Shown here one piece after another: positions 31,260-41,308 of a stretch of 64,000 bases of DNA (its first letter is position 1; the number at the start of each line of letters is the position of its first letter). A model generated the notes under the pieces. It made no database searches, had not been told where the DNA came from, and saw only the letters and a list, made by a program, of their open reading frames with translations. The stretch is from an uncultured Lactobacillaceae bacterium (GTDB lineage: Bacteria > Bacillota > Bacilli > Lactobacillales > Lactobacillaceae), in NCBI GenBank assembly GCA_945273735.1, contig CALYPJ010000007.1, forward strand, positions 4,970 through 68,969, given 5' to 3'. Made by a program: the position numbers and the translations under genes.

Positions 31260-32234
31260 ATTGATGGAATAAATATTAAAAGGCAATTAATAACATGGAT
31301 TGAAAAGCAATTTTCGGATATTTACTTTTTACCCAAAAATGAATATTACCAAATTGCAGCACAAACAAATTCAGGATTTAAAATTTTAGAAAATTTAAAT
31401 TTAACAAATGCACGCACGGCGATTAATTATTTTAAGTTTGCTGCCGGTCTTAATTTAAGTGAAAGTCGTCGACCTCAGATGGGAGCAATGGAATTTATCA
31501 ATGAAAAAAAAGAAAAAATATTTATCCGAATTTCTACATTAGGCAATTTTAGAAATCAAGAATCGTTAGTGATCAGGTTAATTTACTCCTTAAATCATCA
31601 GATAAGTTTATTTCGCCCTCAAGATCTTGTTATTTTGGAGAATTTTACTAAAAGAAGGGGGCTAATTTTATTTAGTGGACCAACAGGATCAGGTAAAACG
31701 ACAATGATTTATTATCTTGCACGAAAATTAGCGCTAAATTCAATGGTTATGACAATTGAAGATCCAATAGAAATTTATGAACCTCTTTTTCTACAAATTC
31801 AAGTAAATTTAGCAGCAAAAATGGATTATGCAGAAATTATTAAAGCTAGTTTAAGACATCGACCTGATATTTTAGTTATCGGAGAAATAAGGGATGAAAT
31901 ATCAGCACAAGCTGCAGTTACAGCTTCTCTAAGCGGTCACTTAGTTTTTTCAACTATTCATGCACGTAATATATACGGTGTAATTGAACGTCTATGTGGT
32001 TTAAACATTGAAATTAATACAATTAAAAACTGTTTAAATGCAATTTGCTATCAACGTTTAATTCCTGATAAAAGTAAAAAAGTTCATGCACTAACCCAAA
32101 TTTTTGATGCATTTAAAAGTAATTATCAGCTAACCGAAGCGGAAACAATGAAATATTGGAAATTACAATTGCAAGAACTTTTTGCTAATAAAATAATTAC
32201 CTTTAAAACTTTTGAAAGGTTTCTTTATGGTTAA
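31260..32234 (+). CDS. comGA: Competence ATPase ComGA; probable ATT start at 31260 (ORF track starts at 31479)
   Basis: Frame is open from 31254 and includes the conserved SDIYFLP and SESRRPQ motifs upstream of 31479; GPTGSGKTT, IEDPIE, GEIRD, GHLVFSTIH. Confidence 0.9.
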   Translation: MDGINIKRQLITWIEKQFSDIYFLPKNEYYQIAAQTNSGFKILENLNLTNARTAINYFKFAAGLNLSESRRPQMGAMEFINEKKEKIFIRISTLGNFRNQESLVIRLIYSLNHQISLFRPQDLVILENFTKRRGLILFSGPTGSGKTTMIYYLARKLALNSMVMTIEDPIEIYEPLFLQIQVNLAAKMDYAEIIKASLRHRPDILVIGEIRDEISAQAAVTASLSGHLVFSTIHARNIYGVIERLCGLNIEINTIKNCLNAICYQRLIPDKSKKVHALTQIFDAFKSNYQLTEAETMKYWKLQLQELFANKIITFKTFERFLYG

Positions 32235-33213
32235 AAAAAGATTATCCCGCTTTGATCAAGCAAAGATCATGATTCAGTTAGGAGGAATGATAGAAAATGG
32301 TTTTACAATTACTCAAGCACTAACCTTTATTAAAATGGTTTTCCCACGCTACAGTGAAAAAATAAATATGATAAATTATCATTTAGAGAATGGCGAAACC
32401 TTGAGTAATGCTTTGGTTGAATTAGGTATTTCTCAAAATATTTTAGACCAATTAGCTATGGCTGATGCTCATGGAAATTTTGCCAAATCACTAATCAATT
32501 TTGGTAAAATGCTACAATATCGAAATCAACAATTAAAAAAAATACTGCAATTACTTTCATATCCTGTTTTTCTTTTAATAATGCTTGGAGGACTGCAATG
32601 GGGATTAAAAATAGTTGGTTTTTCTGAAATAACTAATAATTCAAATCTAAATTTGAGTACATTAACTAATGGTGGTTTGTATTTAATTATAGTTTTTTTC
32701 CTATTTTGTTTAATTTGTTTTTATCTCATTCAGCATTTTTCAATTATTAAACAATTACAAATCGCTAATAAAATCCCACTTATTGGAAAAATATTTTGCT
32801 ATTATTACCATTATTTAGTGATGTTTGATTTGACTTTATTTGTTAATAATGGATTTTCAATTAATCAAATGATTGAAATTTGTCAAACTCGACCTCCAAA
32901 ATCTTACTTATATCAAATTAGTTTTATAGTTAAAAAGGACATTTTAAATGGTAAATCTTTAATTAAAATCCTTCAGCATTATTCCTTTTTTCCCCCAGAA
33001 TTAGCTCAAATTATTACAAAAGGTATAGTCATTAATGAGTTAAAAATTGAATTTGCAGAATTAAGCAAAGTTATTTTTCAAAAATTAGTTACTAATATTG
33101 AAAAAATTATTAATAAAATTCAACCCTTAATGTTCATTTTTGTAGGATTTTGCATAATTATTGTATATCTTAATATTTTATTACCTGTATTTGAAATGAT
33201 GAAAGGAATTTAG
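32227..33213 (+). CDS. comGB: ComGB pilus assembly membrane protein
   Basis: T2SSF/PilC-type repeats (ENGFTI, LLSYP, KIQPLMF); follows comGA. Confidence 0.9.
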   Translation: MVKKRLSRFDQAKIMIQLGGMIENGFTITQALTFIKMVFPRYSEKINMINYHLENGETLSNALVELGISQNILDQLAMADAHGNFAKSLINFGKMLQYRNQQLKKILQLLSYPVFLLIMLGGLQWGLKIVGFSEITNNSNLNLSTLTNGGLYLIIVFFLFCLICFYLIQHFSIIKQLQIANKIPLIGKIFCYYYHYLVMFDLTLFVNNGFSINQMIEICQTRPPKSYLYQISFIVKKDILNGKSLIKILQHYSFFPPELAQIITKGIVINELKIEFAELSKVIFQKLVTNIEKIINKIQPLMFIFVGFCIIIVYLNILLPVFEMMKGI

Positions 33214-33215
33214 TT

Positions 33216-33545
33216 TTGAAAAAAACAAACAAATATTTAAAATATAAAAAAAGTTCAGCTTTTACTTTAATTGAAATGGTTATTGTACTTTTTATTATTG
33301 GTCTTTTAATGCTATTAATTATACCTAATCTTAATGCACAAAAACAAAAGGCAGAAAATAAAACGGATGCAGCTTTAGTTACAACAATACAAACCCAAAT
33401 TGATTTATATGAAGATGATATAGAAAAACCAGTTACTTTAGAAAAACTAAAGACTGTAGGAGCAATTAATGATAAGCAGGTTAAACAAGCAAAAAAAGCT
33501 AATATTACGATTGATAATCAAGGAAGAGTAAGTTTAAATAAATGA
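33216..33545 (+). CDS. comGC: ComGC major pseudopilin
   Basis: AFTLIEMVIVLFIIGLLMLLIIPNL prepilin motif. Confidence 0.95.
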   Translation: MKKTNKYLKYKKSSAFTLIEMVIVLFIIGLLMLLIIPNLNAQKQKAENKTDAALVTTIQTQIDLYEDDIEKPVTLEKLKTVGAINDKQVKQAKKANITIDNQGRVSLNK

Positions 33546-33973
33546 AACTAAATATGGCATTTACTCTTATTGAATCAACAATTACGCTAATAATCACATC
33601 ATTATTAATATCTGTTTCATTGCAAGTTACTCCTAAATTAATGCATGATCAAGCTATTAAAAATTTTTCAAGCGAACTTGATCATAAGTTTAATCTTTTA
33701 AAAGAAAAAGCTTTACTAAATAACGAAATTCTTTTAATTGAGTTTGAAAAAAAAGACTCGATAATAACTGTTAAAAATTTAAAAAATCAAAATAAAATTA
33801 TATATATCAGATTACCAAAAAATTTGGTTCTAATTAGAAATACCCAAATTAGATTTTATGGTGATAGTGGAATTTCGCCAATTACTATTAGTTTTAAGGA
33901 TATTGAAAGCAATAAAATTTACCATTTTACTTTACAAATGGGATGGGGGACTAATAGTTTTGTTTCTGTCTAA
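33542..33973 (+). CDS. comGD: ComGD minor pseudopilin
   Basis: AFTLIES prepilin motif; C-terminal QMGWG. Confidence 0.85.
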   Translation: MKLNMAFTLIESTITLIITSLLISVSLQVTPKLMHDQAIKNFSSELDHKFNLLKEKALLNNEILLIEFEKKDSIITVKNLKNQNKIIYIRLPKNLVLIRNTQIRFYGDSGISPITISFKDIESNKIYHFTLQMGWGTNSFVSV

Positions 33974-34271
33974 ACAACGTGCCTTTATTTTAATGGAAAG
34001 TATTATTTCTTTAACAATTTTAACTCTAGGAATTTTAAGCTTGGTTAATACGTATTTTTCTTATAATAAAGCAATAAAAAAATTCTCCGATAAGGAGAAC
34101 TTTGCGTATTGTCTAAGAATTGTAGCAATAGCTAGGCAGAAACAAGCAAACATTCCTAAAAAAATCATTTTAAACAATATTAAATATAAAATTCAAAATG
34201 AGGATCAGCGTATAACCATAACTAATTTAAAAAATAATCACACTCAGGAGCTTACTTGGAATGAAAAGTAA
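33960..34271 (+). CDS. comGE: ComGE minor pseudopilin
   Basis: AFILMES prepilin-like motif; TTG at 33960 follows a GGGGGA SD. Confidence 0.75.
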   Translation: MFLSKQRAFILMESIISLTILTLGILSLVNTYFSYNKAIKKFSDKENFAYCLRIVAIARQKQANIPKKIILNNIKYKIQNEDQRITITNLKNNHTQELTWNEK

Positions 34272-34701
34272 ATTAACTGGTTTTTCATTAATTGAAGCTG
34301 TTGTATCACTCTTTATAACTTCATTGGTAATTTTAGTTTTATCGTTCACAGTAACTTGCATAAAATCTCTTAATAAAAAAGTAGCTAGAAATATAAATAA
34401 CGATTTTCACCTAGCTACAATTCAACGTGATATCTATTTAGGTGACCGAGCTAAATTAGTCATGGCATCAACGAAAAAATTAAAAATTTCTGATGTAAGA
34501 AATTCTAGTACCGTTTTTTTAGAATATTATAAAAATATGATTAGAATTAGAAGTATACTAGGAGGTCATATGCCACTATTAGTGGGAGTAAATCAATTAT
34601 ACTTTCAACAAATTAATTCAAATATTGTTAAAGAAAAAATAGAAGTTTATGGAGCAAATTTTGAAACTTACATCTTTTTGGATAAAACACCAGTACCCTA
34701 G
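34261..34701 (+). CDS. comGF: ComGF minor pseudopilin
   Basis: GFSLIEAVVSL and GGHMPLL ComGF motif. Confidence 0.85.
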   Translation: MKSKLTGFSLIEAVVSLFITSLVILVLSFTVTCIKSLNKKVARNINNDFHLATIQRDIYLGDRAKLVMASTKKLKISDVRNSSTVFLEYYKNMIRIRSILGGHMPLLVGVNQLYFQQINSNIVKEKIEVYGANFETYIFLDKTPVP

Positions 34702-34954
34702 TTACATTATAATGAGTGTCATTCTAATATTTAATTTAATTACCATGGTTATTTTGTTAATTCAAACAAGTACTTTAAATAAAAATAAATCTAGTAAATT
34801 AACTGAAAATTATTATATTAGTGATACTATTCGGCGCCTCTGCCCTAAGGACAGTGATACATTTTCTACAAACTTAGGAACTCTATCTAAAAATAATCAA
34901 GAAACTATAGTTAAATTAAAAAACGGCTACCAAAAGGTATTTTCGGCTAATTAA
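34649..34954 (+). CDS. comGG: ComGG-like protein
   Basis: Last in the operon, single hydrophobic helix, FSTNLG; start uncertain. Confidence 0.6.
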   Translation: MEQILKLTSFWIKHQYPSYIIMSVILIFNLITMVILLIQTSTLNKNKSSKLTENYYISDTIRRLCPKDSDTFSTNLGTLSKNNQETIVKLKNGYQKVFSAN

Positions 34955-36101
34955 ATTGTGAAAAATAATTTTTACCGGTTAATTTAAGAGTTTCGATTAA
35001 GTTTTCGAAACTACTTATAGTTGTATATTCGTTGGTTTGATGTGCTAAATCCCATTTATCTGCACCTAAAATAGCAACCGGAAGTTTTGGATTTTCAAGA
35101 ACAAATAAACTAGCATCCGTTCCACCTTTCATGATTACTAACTGTGTTTTGTCAGTTGAAAATCCTTTATTAGTCATTTCTTTTAAAAATTGGATAAATG
35201 GGGCATGTGGATCAGTAGTTACTGGTTCAAAACTGCTTAATATTGTAAGCTTTAAATTATGATTGGATAGCTGGTTAATTTTTTCAACTTCGTTTTTTAA
35301 AACTTCAATTACCTTTTCATTAGAAAAAGCTGAAGTTGGGCGAATATTTCCCTGAAGTACAGCATAATTAGGAATAGAATTTATTTGTTTACCACCTTGA
35401 ATTGTTGTAATACTATGAGGTACTAATCCTAGTAACGGATCTTCTGGAATATTTTTAAAAAGGTTAGCTTCAGTATTAATGAATGGTACTAAATTAGTAA
35501 TAGCATTATTTCCTTTTTGTGGTTCCGAACTGTGTGCAGCTACTCCAAAACTTTCAATTTGATAATTTAAAAATCCAGAGTGTGCATACACGATATTACC
35601 ACTTGTGGGTTCTGAAATAACTAAAGCTGATAAGTCTTTAGAATAACCTTTATCAGTTAGTATTTTTGCTCCAGGAGCTCCATTCTCTTCTCCAAAAGTT
35701 ACTAACCAGCGAATTTTTCCTTCAGGAATTTGATTTTCTTCAACTAATTCAATTAATGCAATTAATTGCGCAGCTAATCCGCTTTTCATATCTGCGGAAC
35801 CGCGGCCATAAAGACGATCATTGACAATTTCACCTTTAAAAGGATCAAATTCCCATTTTTCAGGATCAGGAACCATTACTGTATCCATATGACCTGAAAA
35901 CCCTAAAACTTTAGAATTTTTACCTTTTCCAATCTCGGCCACCAAATTTGCTCGATCATTATCAAAAGGCAATATTTCATTTTCAATATGATATTGATCT
36001 AAAGTTTGATGAATATATTCTGCGACTTTTAGTTCATGAGCATTTTCCGATTTAATTTGAATTAAGTTTTTTAAAATTTCGATTTTTTGAGATTTTTCCA
36101 T
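34947..36101 (-). CDS. M20 ArgE/DapE-family metallopeptidase/deacylase
   Basis: GHMDTV, GRGSADMKSG, GEE, EPT, GGTDAS, AHQTNE; ATG 36101 has a GGAGGTG SD. Confidence 0.9.
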   Translation of the reverse strand: MEKSQKIEILKNLIQIKSENAHELKVAEYIHQTLDQYHIENEILPFDNDRANLVAEIGKGKNSKVLGFSGHMDTVMVPDPEKWEFDPFKGEIVNDRLYGRGSADMKSGLAAQLIALIELVEENQIPEGKIRWLVTFGEENGAPGAKILTDKGYSKDLSALVISEPTSGNIVYAHSGFLNYQIESFGVAAHSSEPQKGNNAITNLVPFINTEANLFKNIPEDPLLGLVPHSITTIQGGKQINSIPNYAVLQGNIRPTSAFSNEKVIEVLKNEVEKINQLSNHNLKLTILSSFEPVTTDPHAPFIQFLKEMTNKGFSTDKTQLVIMKGGTDASLFVLENPKLPVAILGADKWDLAHQTNEYTTISSFENLIETLKLTGKNYFSQFN

Positions 36102-36150
36102 TTGAATTTCACCTCCAATATTTATACTACTTATTAAACACCAAAAAAGT

Positions 36151-36179
36151 TTGACTTTCATCATAAAATGGATTAAATT
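36151..36179 (+). promoter_or_regulatory. Putative sigmaA promoter for the metQ leader
   Basis: TTGACT-N17-TAAATT just upstream of the T-box. Confidence 0.55.
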
Positions 36180-36197
36180 TGTTATTAATTAAATTAA

Positions 36198-36449
36198 AAC
36201 AAGTTGATTGGAAAAGTAATTTAATTTGGTTTATACAGAGAGCTTGGTGGAATGAGAACAAGTTATACTAAATTAGATGAAAATGGCCCATGATTGGTAT
36301 CACTGATATTTAAGTGATAATGTTTGGCACTCATTATCGTGCACACTTATCGATTTTTTCTGTAAGTTGCTGAGGGGATAAATGTAAATTTATCTTGAAA
36401 AAGAATGGTACCGCGCTAACTCGTTTCTTTAAAGAAACGAGTTTTTTTA
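36198..36449 (+). ncRNA. T-box riboswitch, Met-specific
   Basis: AGAGAG/GAGA stem I motifs, specifier GAAAATGGC (ATG at 36283), T-box AAGAATGGTACCGCG at 36401-36415, terminator AACTCGTTTCTTT/AAAGAAACGAGTT plus T-tract. Confidence 0.92.
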
Positions 36450-36474
36450 TTTTAAAACTGGAGGAAAAATAAAT

Positions 36475-37317
36475 ATGAAACGAAATCAAAAATTTTTAAC
36501 TTTTATTGCAATTTTATTCGTTGCAATATTTTTTGTCTCTTGTAGCAGAAAAACCAAAAGTAATGATTCATCTTCAAACAAAAAAGAAGAAACTGTCAAA
36601 ATTGGTATTATTGGATCTGATCAAAGAATTTGGGATTTTATTCGGCCTGAGTTAAAGAAAAAAGGTATTGATCTTAAAATTGTTCAGTTTACAAGTTATG
36701 ATCAACCTAATCAGGCATTAGCAAGTGGTGATATTGATCTTAATTCGTATCAACACATTTATTATCTAAATAATTGGAATAAAGCTCACCATACAGATTT
36801 GGTATCAATTGGAAATACAGTTTTAGCCCCCTTAATGATTTTTTCTAAAAAGGTTAAAAACATAAAACAAATTAAATCTGGTGATGAAATTGCAATTCCT
36901 AATGATCCAACCAATCAAGCTCGTGCTTTACAACTTTTAGAAGATGCAAAAATAATATCTCTTAAAGAAAACTCTAAATTGCCCACACCAAATGATATCG
37001 TAAAAAATCCTAAAAAAGTTAAAATTACCCCTCTTGATGCCTCTCAAACTGCGCGTTCATTAAACGACGTCACTATTTCAATAATTAATAATGGGGTGGC
37101 TTTAGATGCAAAGTTATCACCTAAAGACGCAATTTATACCGAAAAAGTAACAAAAAAATCAAAACTGTGGGTGAATATAATTGCTGTTCAAAAGAAAAAC
37201 AAGGATAAAAAAATTTATCAAGAAGTTGTTAAAGCTTATCAAAATGATCGTGTCGCAAAAAAAATTAAAGAAGTTTATCAGGGTTCTACAATTCCAGTTT
37301 GGAACCGTAAGTTTTAG
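36475..37317 (+). CDS. metQ: Methionine ABC transporter lipoprotein MetQ/NlpA
   Basis: Lipobox FVSC; PNQALASGDIDLNSYQH, IPNDPTNQARAL. Confidence 0.93.
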   Translation: MKRNQKFLTFIAILFVAIFFVSCSRKTKSNDSSSNKKEETVKIGIIGSDQRIWDFIRPELKKKGIDLKIVQFTSYDQPNQALASGDIDLNSYQHIYYLNNWNKAHHTDLVSIGNTVLAPLMIFSKKVKNIKQIKSGDEIAIPNDPTNQARALQLLEDAKIISLKENSKLPTPNDIVKNPKKVKITPLDASQTARSLNDVTISIINNGVALDAKLSPKDAIYTEKVTKKSKLWVNIIAVQKKNKDKKIYQEVVKAYQNDRVAKKIKEVYQGSTIPVWNRKF

Positions 37318-37319
37318 AG

Positions 37320-38390
37320 GTGAAAAATTTGACCATTCCATTAGTTGAATTAAAAAATGTTGATGTTAAATTTAAAAGTAATCATAAGGTCATTCACGCA
37401 ATAGATCACGTTAATCTAACAGTTAATAGACAAGATATTTTTGGTATCATCGGATATTCAGGAGCTGGCAAAAGTACTTTAGTACGCTTGATTAATTTAC
37501 TACAAAGGCCTAATCAAGGTGAAATAATCGTTAATGGACAAAATCTACTAGATTTAAATTCTAAGCAACTTCGAAAAAGCAGAAAAAAAATCGGAATGAT
37601 TTTTCAACATTTTAATTTGATGAACGCTCGGACAATTTTTAACAATGTAGCCTTTGCATTAAAAGGCACACAGCTTTCAAGAGAACAAAAAAAGCAAAGA
37701 GTCAATGAACTTTTAAATTTAGTTGGATTAAGTGACAAAGCACAAGCTTATCCAAGTCAATTATCAGGAGGCCAAAAACAAAGAGTTGGAATAGCGAGAG
37801 CTTTGGCAAATAAACCGAATTTATTAATTTCTGATGAAGCAACAAGTGCTTTAGATCCAAAAACAACGGAATCAATTTTAAATTTATTAAAAGATTTAAA
37901 TAAAAAATTAGGACTTACTATTATATTAATTACCCATCAAATGGAAGCTATTAAACAAATTTGTCGAAATGTTGCAGTAATGGAACAAGGTAAAATTATT
38001 GAAACTGGATCGATATATCAAATTTTTACTAATCCTCGTCAACAACTAACTAAAGATTTTATTAATACAACTACACATTTAAATGAAAGTATTAATGTTA
38101 TATTGCACCAAGATCAAATATCATATTTAACTAATGAAGAAAAAATGTTTCATTTATTTTATTTTGGTGAAACTACAGATTTACCTTTAATTTCTACACT
38201 TTATCAAAAATTTGAAGTTAGTGCCAATATTCTTTACGGTAATATTGAAATGCTCCAAGGGAAACCGATTGGAAATCTAATAGTTATTTTATCCGGTAAA
38301 CCAAATATGCTTGAACAAGCTCTATCTTTCTTAAAAGAATCTCAAGTAAAGGTTGAAGAGATTAATTTTAAATTTAATAGGGGGAAATAA
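37320..38390 (+). CDS. metN: Methionine ABC transporter ATPase MetN
   Basis: GYSGAGKST, LSGGQKQRV, DEATSALDP, C-terminal NIL domain. Confidence 0.95.
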   Translation: MKNLTIPLVELKNVDVKFKSNHKVIHAIDHVNLTVNRQDIFGIIGYSGAGKSTLVRLINLLQRPNQGEIIVNGQNLLDLNSKQLRKSRKKIGMIFQHFNLMNARTIFNNVAFALKGTQLSREQKKQRVNELLNLVGLSDKAQAYPSQLSGGQKQRVGIARALANKPNLLISDEATSALDPKTTESILNLLKDLNKKLGLTIILITHQMEAIKQICRNVAVMEQGKIIETGSIYQIFTNPRQQLTKDFINTTTHLNESINVILHQDQISYLTNEEKMFHLFYFGETTDLPLISTLYQKFEVSANILYGNIEMLQGKPIGNLIVILSGKPNMLEQALSFLKESQVKVEEINFKFNRGK

Positions 38391-38395
38391 TAATT

Positions 38396-39082
38396 ATGGA
38401 CTTAATTGCAAAGTATTTTCCAAATGTTATTGTTAATTGGCAAGGAGATTACGGTTTTGTAGGTGCAATTAAACAAACTCTTTATATGACTTTTTTTAGT
38501 GCTATTATTGCCGGAATACTAGGGCTAGGTGTAGGTATATTATTGTTAACAACGGATAAAAACGGTTTAACCCCGCATCCAATAATTTATAGTGTTTTAG
38601 ACAAAATTGTCAATATTCTTCGTTCAATTCCTTTTATTATTATGTTAGCATTATTAGCCTCATTTACTCGTTTAATAGTTCACACCACAATAGGACCTAC
38701 TGCGGCATTAATTCCTTTAATTGCTTCAGCAATGCCATTTTATGCTAGACAAGTTCAAAATGCTTTAGTTCAAGTGGATCCTGGTGTTATTGAAGCTGCT
38801 CAATCGATGGGTGAATCCAATTTAAGTATTATTTTTAATGTTTACTTAGTTGAAGGATTACCTGAGTTAGTACGTGCTAGTGTAATGACTATAATTAGTT
38901 TAATTGGCTTAACAGCAATGGCAGGTGCAGTAGGAGCTGGTGGATTAGGTAGTTTAGCTGTTAACATTGGATTTCAACGTTTTGAGAATGATGTAACTAT
39001 TGTTGCAACTATCTTTATTTTAATTTTAGTCTTTTTGATTCAATTTATCGGTGATATTTTAGTAAAACATTTAACTCATTAA
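38396..39082 (+). CDS. metI: Methionine ABC transporter permease MetI/MetP
   Basis: RSIPFII, IEAAQSMG, AMAGAVGAGGLG. Confidence 0.95.
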   Translation: MDLIAKYFPNVIVNWQGDYGFVGAIKQTLYMTFFSAIIAGILGLGVGILLLTTDKNGLTPHPIIYSVLDKIVNILRSIPFIIMLALLASFTRLIVHTTIGPTAALIPLIASAMPFYARQVQNALVQVDPGVIEAAQSMGESNLSIIFNVYLVEGLPELVRASVMTIISLIGLTAMAGAVGAGGLGSLAVNIGFQRFENDVTIVATIFILILVFLIQFIGDILVKHLTH

Positions 39083-39130
39083 TGTTTTGTTTGCTTTACA
39101 GATTTTTTCAACTAAAATAATAGTTATATT

Positions 39131-40072
39131 ATGGAAAATAGAAATTTCAAAAAATTTGAGCAATTATACAAAGAACTTAATTTTACTAAAATATCTGAAA
39201 TCACAGATTTGTTAAGAGATCTTAATAATAATAATCTTAATTCTATCATTTCACGCTATCATATTAGTGATATTAATTTAAAATCTCAGCAACTTCTGAT
39301 AGAAGCAATTGCTATTAATGTATTAGTTAGAAATGACCAAGACTTTAATCATCGTCTAACACCACAAATCATTGGCTTGATTTATTCAGAAATCATTACT
39401 TCTATTAATTCTAAATCTACAATTAATATAGTTGATTTAGGTTCTGGAACTGGTAATCTTATTTTTTCAATATTGGATAACTTTAAAGACATAACCTTTA
39501 ATACAACAATAATTGATAATAATGAAGAAATGATTCAGTTTTCTCAACAATATCGAAATCTTTTTAATTTTAAAAATAATTTAAAGTTTATATTTGATGA
39601 TGTAATATCATATCAACCTTTAGAAAAAATAGATTTTGTTATTAGTGATATGCCAGTTGGATATTATCCACAAAATAAGAATATTTTAAATTATCAAGTA
39701 AAAGTTTCTAATGATTTAACGTATATTCAAAATCTTTTTATAGAAAAAAGTTTAAGAATTTTAAAACATAATAGTTTTGCAATTTTAACTGTTCCTCAAA
39801 ATATTTTCACAAGTAAACAAAGTAGGGTATTATTAAGTGTAGTTAAAGAAAGCGCTTATATCCAAGGGATCATAGGCTTACCCCTAAACAGTTTTACTGA
39901 TAAAAAGTTTAGGAAATATATCATTATTTTACAAAAAAAGGGTAACCTGGCTCATCAAATGACGCCAGTTTTACTTTATAATTTAGAAAGTCTTGATGAT
40001 ATTCAAAGCTACCAAAAACTTCTTATTACTCTACAAGCTTGGGGCGAAGAAATTAAAAAAAGAGGAAATTAA
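39131..40072 (+). CDS. ytxK: YtxK-like class I SAM-dependent (adenine-type) methyltransferase
   Basis: NHRLTP, DLGSGTGNL, SDMPVGYYP; conserved position upstream of ackA. Confidence 0.82.
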   Translation: MENRNFKKFEQLYKELNFTKISEITDLLRDLNNNNLNSIISRYHISDINLKSQQLLIEAIAINVLVRNDQDFNHRLTPQIIGLIYSEIITSINSKSTINIVDLGSGTGNLIFSILDNFKDITFNTTIIDNNEEMIQFSQQYRNLFNFKNNLKFIFDDVISYQPLEKIDFVISDMPVGYYPQNKNILNYQVKVSNDLTYIQNLFIEKSLRILKHNSFAILTVPQNIFTSKQSRVLLSVVKESAYIQGIIGLPLNSFTDKKFRKYIIILQKKGNLAHQMTPVLLYNLESLDDIQSYQKLLITLQAWGEEIKKRGN

Positions 40073-40074
40073 AT

Positions 40075-41277
40075 ATGGTCAAAATTTTTGCAATTAATTG
40101 TGGTAGTTCTACTTTGAAATTTAAATTATTTGAAATGCCAGAAGCCAAAATGATTGCTTCGGGTATGGTTGACCGTTTGGGACTTAATGGTTCCGTTTTT
40201 AAAATTCAAAATGAAAAAGGTGAAGTAAAAGAGATTAAAAAAAATATTTCAAACCATAAATCGGCTGTTCAGCTTTTAATGAAAGAACTGATTAATTTTA
40301 AAATATTAAAAAATCTAAATGAACTTGGTGCTGTTGGACATCGAGTTGTGGCAGGTGGAGAAAATTATAAAAAGTCAACATTAATTGATAAACACGTGAT
40401 TAATAATATTAAATATCTTTCAATCTATGCTCCTTTACATAATTATAGCGAGGCTAGAGGAATGGAAGCTTTTGCAGAAGCTAACTCAAATCTGCCACAA
40501 GTTGCAGTTTTTGATACATCTTTATATTCTAAAATGCCTGAAGTCAACTACCTTTATAGTATTCCAATGAAATATTATCGAATCTACGGAGCACGAAAGT
40601 ATGGGGCTCATGGTACTAGCCATCGTTATATTATTCATCGAGTAGCCAAAATATTGAATAAAAAATTAGAGGACTTGAACATTATTTCTTTGCATTTAGG
40701 AAGTGGAGCTTCAATTACTGCAACAATGCATGGAAAAGTAATTGATACTTCAATGGGTTTCACTCCAGTTGCTGGAATTACAATGTCTACTCGCTCAGGA
40801 GATATTGATCCATCCCTAATTTTATTTTTAATGACTCAATTAAAAATAACGGATCCAGATGATATGGCCAATATTTTAAATACAAAATCTGGCCTTTTAG
40901 GAATCTCAGAATTATCACCAGATATGCGTGACCTTGAAAAAGCACAACAAAATAACCATCAAGCAAAATTGGCAATTGATATTTTCATTAATCGAATTGT
41001 TAAATATATTGGATATTATGTAGCAGAGATGGGATCGGTTGATGTAATTACTTTTTCTGCTGGAATTGGTGAAAATGATATTGATTTACGTCAACAAATT
41101 ATCAGTAAATTATCATTTATTAATGCCGAAATTGATCCTAAGAAAAACAATATTAAAGCTGAAGAACGTGATATTACGGGATCTAAATCCAAGGTAAAAA
41201 TACTTTTAATTCCCACTAATGAAGAATTAATGATTGCGAAAGATGCCTATAATATTGGCTATTTAGGTCAAGAATAA
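40075..41277 (+). CDS. ackA: Acetate kinase
   Basis: INCGSSTLKF, GHRVVAGG, YGAHGTSH, PTNEELMIA. Confidence 0.98.
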   Translation: MVKIFAINCGSSTLKFKLFEMPEAKMIASGMVDRLGLNGSVFKIQNEKGEVKEIKKNISNHKSAVQLLMKELINFKILKNLNELGAVGHRVVAGGENYKKSTLIDKHVINNIKYLSIYAPLHNYSEARGMEAFAEANSNLPQVAVFDTSLYSKMPEVNYLYSIPMKYYRIYGARKYGAHGTSHRYIIHRVAKILNKKLEDLNIISLHLGSGASITATMHGKVIDTSMGFTPVAGITMSTRSGDIDPSLILFLMTQLKITDPDDMANILNTKSGLLGISELSPDMRDLEKAQQNNHQAKLAIDIFINRIVKYIGYYVAEMGSVDVITFSAGIGENDIDLRQQIISKLSFINAEIDPKKNNIKAEERDITGSKSKVKILLIPTNEELMIAKDAYNIGYLGQE

Positions 41278-41308
41278 TTTAAATTTTTTGAAAAGAGGAA
41301 GTACTAAA

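Noticed and set aside
39113-39140. Possible second dif-like site (…GTTATA-TTATGGAAAAT) as an island boundary
   Set aside because: Only a partial XerD-arm match with no XerC arm; it coincides with the ytxK start in AT-rich DNA.
39131-40072. Methyltransferase as part of a restriction-modification system
   Set aside because: It matches housekeeping YtxK upstream of ackA, and no endonuclease or specificity gene is adjacent.
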